Assembly: GCA_963825865.1 (NCBI GenBank)
Contig: CAWGVG010000022.1
Coordinates: forward strand, 1-64,000
DNA: 64,000 nucleotides
Source: an uncultured Nitrososphaeraceae archaeon
GTDB lineage: Archaea; Thermoproteota; Nitrososphaeria; Nitrososphaerales; Nitrososphaeraceae
Direction of reading: 5' to 3'
This document shows, piece after piece, positions 59,535 to 64,000 of this stretch. How positions within the stretch are numbered: position 1 is the stretch's first letter; every line of letters begins with the position of its first letter. The notes under the pieces were generated by a model. That model searched no databases and was not told where the DNA came from. It was given only the letters and a program-made list of their open reading frames with translations. Position numbers and translations under genes: made by a program.

Positions 59535-59936
59535 CTATGGCAAAGTCACATTAAACAACTTCTTTAGTTGGGAGATGTGGTCTGGATTTATATTTGCCCT
59601 AGGCACTCTTTTTATAATCAGTTCCCATGCGTCATAAAAATCCATGCCGAAATACTTTACTAGAACACCAAGTGCAATAGCATTACTGCGAGAGATTCCA
59701 GCTACACAGCATATAACAACCCTGCCGTGTTTTTGAATCAGCTCCCATGCAAGATCAATCTTCTTGTCATAGTCTTCTAGAGAATTAGAGCCATCATCAT
59801 ATAAATCTCGTACATCAGCTACAGGCCATCTGTCATTTGTTATTCCCACAGTTTGATAATCAACGTCTTTTAATTCATGATAACTAAATTCACGTATGCC
59901 TTCTGTGGCTAGCTTATTTTCAATTATCTTGAACAT
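59535..59936 (-). CDS. Dual-specificity protein phosphatase
   Basis: P-loop CVAGISRS (CX5R). Confidence 0.88.
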   Translation of the reverse strand: MFKIIENKLATEGIREFSYHELKDVDYQTVGITNDRWPVADVRDLYDDGSNSLEDYDKKIDLAWELIQKHGRVVICCVAGISRSNAIALGVLVKYFGMDFYDAWELIIKRVPRANINPDHISQLKKLFNVTLP

Positions 59937-60004
59937 AGTCAGTCTAACTAGTTATTAATGTCAATAACTGTTTTTGTTTGATAATAAATAAGTAGAGATA
60001 ATTG

Positions 60005-60195
60005 ATGGTAGATAAGTTGGCTTCTAACATTGCTATACGTAGGAACATGGCTGGTGTTCATTATCGGAGTGATTATGTTGATTCATTGAAATTAGGTGAG
60101 CAGATTGCAATAAGCATCTTGGAAGATCAGACTTAAGTATAATGAGAATTATAAATTTTCATTTACTGCGTTCAATGTAATGCCAAAGACGATAG
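60005..60195 (+). pseudogene. Vanadium-dependent haloperoxidase C-terminal remnant
   Basis: DKLASNIAIRRNMAGVHYRSDYVDSLKLGEQIAISILEDQ carries the R-x5-H-x3-D active-site motif; tail YNENYKFSFTAF in a shifted frame. Confidence 0.7.
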
Positions 60196-60271
60196 GAAAA
60201 CTATATAAAAAGGGTTCAATAATTATTTGTCTTTTTTCGTTATCATCTATATACCTTCACATATATGCTTT

Positions 60272-60500
60272 TCATCGTTGTTGAGCCATTTTATTATTAT
60301 CGTCATTATCCTCTTTAAAATGAGGAGCAATCGCCTCTGCGACAAGCTTAACTAATTTATCTCTGTTGGGACTTGAGTTTGTCAGGACAATCTCAGTGAA
60401 TCCTAAATTTACATACTTTTGTAATTTTTCCATAGCTTCTTGACCATTTGATACTACAAGTAGCATATTTTCTAATGTATCATCACCAATAACTTGTCAT
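60272..60500 (-). pseudogene. F420-dependent LLM oxidoreductase C-terminal fragment
   Basis: EAMEKLQKYVNLGFTEIVLTNSSP...AIAPHF. Confidence 0.55.
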
Positions 60501-60529
60501 TATTGTCACTCCGATAACTTATATATCTA

Positions 60530-60780
60530 ACTATCTGTGGCAAAAAGAGATCGAGCCAAGTAATTCATTAAGAAAATGGTTTGGCCACGACCTGAAGAAA
60601 TGGAACGAATTCAAACATCGATATTATAAAGAATTAGATAAGAAAAAAGATTCAATTGGTATCGTTTTCAGGAATGCGAGAGAAGAAAGATCAGTAATCT
60701 TGCTTTATAGTGCAAAAGATGAGAAATTCAACAATGCAGTAGCTTTAAAGGAATATCTTGAAGAGAAGATGAAAAAGTAG
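60530..60780 (+). pseudogene. DUF488 (YeaO-like) fragment
   Basis: LWQKEIEPSNSLRKWFGHD..KWNEFKHRYYKEL...LLYSAKDEKFNNAVALKEYL; N-terminus missing. Confidence 0.8.
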
Positions 60781-60964
60781 AACATAACCTTAGATTCCAA
60801 CATATAGCCAATCTGTAAGTTATAGATTCTATCTGTAAATTCTCATTCAGCGAGTCTATAAGTCTTCCAGGTTGATGAAAAAGACGACTATCCTGAAGCA
60901 AGTGAAGCCTTCCAAACTTGACCGAAAAGTCTTTAACATTGTTAACGAGTTATTGGTACCAAAA

Positions 60965-61160
60965 ATGACATTAACCTTGAACTGCAAAGATGCAGGAGAA
61001 TCCTGTTTGCACGCATACAATGTATGGAGAAACTGAAGAAGAACTATTGCAAAACGCCAAGAAACATGGTATGGAAGTACATGGCTATACAGAACAATCA
61101 TGGAATGAAGAAGTTGCAAAGAATGGTGAGCATTTCCGCAAGCTAATAAAGAAAAACTAG
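60965..61160 (+). CDS. DUF1059-like small metal-binding protein, frameshifted
   Basis: MTLTLNCKDAGESC...GETEEELLQNAKKHGMEVHG. Confidence 0.7.
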
Positions 61161-61421
61161 CTAAATCCTTTTTCTTTTTGTTTGTTTGTTTCTGTCTTTT
61201 CACTAAATAATTATCTTATAAAATTGAACTCACTTTGGATCGAGGTTAATATTATATCTAATATTATATCTTTCTACTTAGTTGTCTGTCACATGCATAT
61301 AAAAAGAAACATGAGGTTTGGGTTACAGCACCCAAGCTTTAGTTTCGATTACAGCATACAGATACCTCTCAGGTTGTTGATTCCTTAAAGAGCAGGTACT
61401 AGTTAGTTATTTACCAACTTC

Positions 61422-62090
61422 CTAAATGAACCGTCTTTCAGCTGTGATGATTCCTGCCTCCACCAACGGTCTTTCTCCTAATGCTTTTTCTATTGCTTTG
61501 TTGCTCAATTGAATCGCTTGGTCAGTCCTCATATCTGCACTATATTCTCTCTGGATTACATCAAGGGCAATATCTGAATACTGGCCTATTGCAAAGCCAG
61601 CTCCTCTAAAGAATGTTCCACTTGGGTCTACTTGGTATAGCTGAATCCCTGTTTGGTCTATTCCAGCAATTATTATCGATGCTGCCTGCGGCCTTATCGC
61701 ATATATTGTATAGTTATGCAAGTAAGAACTGAGATGTTTTGCAAGCGAGCTTATGTCTATTGGGCTTTCATAGGTAAGCCTGTGCTTCTGAGCTCCCAAT
61801 CTTATCTCGTCAATTAACTGCAATATATCACCTATGTATCCTGAGCCAGTAGCACCTATATGTCCATCAATTGCAAATATCTTCTCAGCAGGTTCCACTA
61901 AGGGTTTGGTAGGCTTGATGTGGCTAGATATCAATGCAAAGGTTGGTGTTTTTATTCCTATAGTAGTTGAACCTCTACTAACAGCTTCTAAAGCACTATC
62001 TACTAGTACCAGCCTACCTTCAGGGCCGTAGTAGTAAGGGTATCTAGTGTTGTTACCAATACCTCCAGCGCCACCACCCATTTCCGCCAT
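61422..62090 (-). CDS. Proteasome alpha-type subunit, divergent
   Basis: GPEGRL...ALEAVSRGSTTIGIK, EKIFAIDGHIG, LYQVDPSG, AIG. Confidence 0.88.
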   Translation of the reverse strand: MAEMGGGAGGIGNNTRYPYYYGPEGRLVLVDSALEAVSRGSTTIGIKTPTFALISSHIKPTKPLVEPAEKIFAIDGHIGATGSGYIGDILQLIDEIRLGAQKHRLTYESPIDISSLAKHLSSYLHNYTIYAIRPQAASIIIAGIDQTGIQLYQVDPSGTFFRGAGFAIGQYSDIALDVIQREYSADMRTDQAIQLSNKAIEKALGERPLVEAGIITAERRFI

Positions 62091-62092
62091 TT

Positions 62093-62676
62093 CTAATGAG
62101 TCACCTCCTCTTTAACTACTAACAAGTTTGGCATCACCAGTACATCGATACCATTTCCTGATCCTGGGTCTCGTTCCATTGCTGCTGCTACAGCCTTAGT
62201 GGCGATTTCTTTTGCCTGTTCATTGGTTATATCCTTGTTGTATACACTTTCAAGCACTCCATATGCTATGGGAGAACCCGAGCCAGAAGATGCAAAGTCT
62301 TCACTAGTTATTGCGCCCTCATATCCGCTGCAAATACATGTCCACCTTCTCGGTCCACACCAGCCACTAACAATTCTACGAAGTATGGCTGGTAATTCTT
62401 AAGACCAGAATATGCAAGGTTTGCAATTAGCCTTGCTGATTCCTTTACTGTGAGTGGAAACCCCCTACGCACTCCATTAGCCTCCTTTCAGCTTTTGCAA
62501 CTTTAATCATATACTCCGCATCTGATAGACTGCCCAGCTATCGCTACTGCAAGAGTATCATCTATCTTTGCTATTTTCTGCGTTATCTTTGAACCTATGA
62601 AAAAGCCTTTGCTTGCTCTCTTATCTGATCCAAGTACAACGCCTTCTTTTGTTTTAATGCCAACTATTGTTGTCAT
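62093..62676 (-). CDS. Proteasome beta-type subunit without propeptide, frameshifted
   Basis: MTTIVGIKTKEGVVLGSDKRASKG...KIAKIDD, ASSGSGSPIAYGVLE, AMERDPGSGNGID. Confidence 0.88.
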
Positions 62677-62879
62677 TCTCTATTTTTCCCTAACTCCTGT
62701 AATACCATAGGAAAGATAAGCATTAATTGACTAGGATTTGCAGAAGTAAGTCACACATATACACATGTAGTAGTGGTGAAATCGCTATTGTGAAGGCCTC
62801 GACATTGGCTATGCTTGGCTCCAAAAGTAATCATGACAAAGGATGACCATCTTTGCTGAGTGTATGTGTCTGCATATAT

Positions 62880-63300
62880 GATAATCATTGCAAACTGTTA
62901 GTCACAAACTTTCTCCTGCAGGAATTAATGCCAAATTAATCAAGAAGATTGACTGCGTATTCTCGTTCAGCGATTCTAGGAGTTTCATATCTGTAAGCTT
63001 CAGCATATCAACATCTGGGCTGGCGTTTTTCCGTAGTTCTTTGCTACCGCCAGGATATTTGGGTGGTTAAGCTTCTTACCTATGGGCTGCGGTCTGTAAG
63101 CTTCCAGCTAAATCCTGTTCTTCTCGCAGAAACGTAATAAATCCTCCGGCTATAGAAATGGTTGAAATTCTACCGTTCACTGCAGGCACAACATCAGAGT
63201 TCCAAAGGATCTCTTCCAGCTGGTCTATCGGGTAATCACTCACCCCAATCGCCCTGGCTTTACCCTCATGCAATATCTGAACTTAGCCTGTCATGTCTCT
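62880..63300 (-). pseudogene. Aldo/keto reductase (2,5-DKG reductase-like) fragment
   Basis: EGKARAIGVSDY...PAVN, ENAVNLLD. Confidence 0.6.
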
Positions 63301-63501
63301 AGACCAAGCTAACTTGCTAGACCTAGCCTTGCAATGACCAGTGGGATCCACATAGGCCAAACTCAAGAATCAGCAAGAATATGCGTGTATAGTTTGGCTT
63401 TGTATTCCTCTATTCATTTAGCACACAAAGCAATTTAATTTGTAAAGTATAACTGTGACAAATCCTGTCGCACCTTGCCCAGAATCTCTGTTACCTTGTC
63501 A

Positions 63502-63760
63502 TTACTGGTTGTTTTTAAATGACATAGTCGGAGTCATCTTCATCAAGGTGTCTATTGTCTTTATCATCCCTTTGGCCAGGTCTTCTGCAGAGTAGGTTCT
63601 ACTCAACAAATTAAGATATGTCTCTCCAACATTTAAGATATCGTTCTCAGTTAAACCAAGTTGGAAAAGTTTCGTTAGCATGTTACCTACGAAGGGACCA
63701 GCCCCAAGAATCTGCAACATATTTTCTCGCTTCTCCTTGAGTATCTCTTGCCGAGCCTAC
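63502..63760 (-). pseudogene. Hypothetical protein fragment
   Basis: ORF 63502-63720 appears to continue upstream without a clear start. Confidence 0.35.
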
Positions 63761-64000
63761 AGTGATTATTACATTTTCCAATTTATACTTTGAATCATAT
63801 GTCATAGTTGATGCAATAGGAAAATTATGTCAGATAATAATGATAAACAAGAAGAACACGATGAAATGATTCCATTTTTTAGCATCAGCTTCTAGAGACT
63901 TTGATAAAGATCTGATTATTAAACCTGATTTTAACATTCTAGTAGGTTGTACTTTTGGCTCTAAGAGCACTACAAGTCCATGAGTAAAGATTCTTCCTGC

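Overview
AT-rich archaeal DNA whose gene content points to a soil ammonia-oxidising archaeon (Nitrososphaeraceae); this is inferred from gene families, not from a marker gene. Many genes, including housekeeping ones (sufB, sufD, sufS, bluB, purE), are split by 1-nt indels, most likely long-read consensus errors, so coordinates of split genes are approximate. From left to right: a cupredoxin; a broken viral terminase large subunit joined to a GC-rich bacterial-type cNMP/thioredoxin reductase island; an LLM oxidoreductase; a 5'-truncated orphan cas8 (Cst1 family) next to a 3-repeat CRISPR mini-array; tRNA-Thr(CGT); a PQQ sugar dehydrogenase; a Nudix hydrolase; an AAA ATPase; three IS elements (IS1595 complete with an 8-bp TSD, IS6, IS5/ISL2) plus a solo IS end; many secreted low-complexity proteins; an organic-nitrogen cluster (divergent purE, creatininase-family enzyme, NCS1 permease, biuret hydrolase, amidase, FAH-family protein); DAG kinase, LysE, acetolactate synthase, bluB, SemiSWEET, XPD/DinG helicase; a SUF operon; an aldo-keto reductase; a patchwork of gene fragments; and a divergent proteasome beta-alpha pair. 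Best leads: the putative biuret-to-ammonia module, the cas8/mini-array locus, two paralogous unannotated 34-aa membrane peptides ending in HEHW, and the non-canonical proteasome pair.
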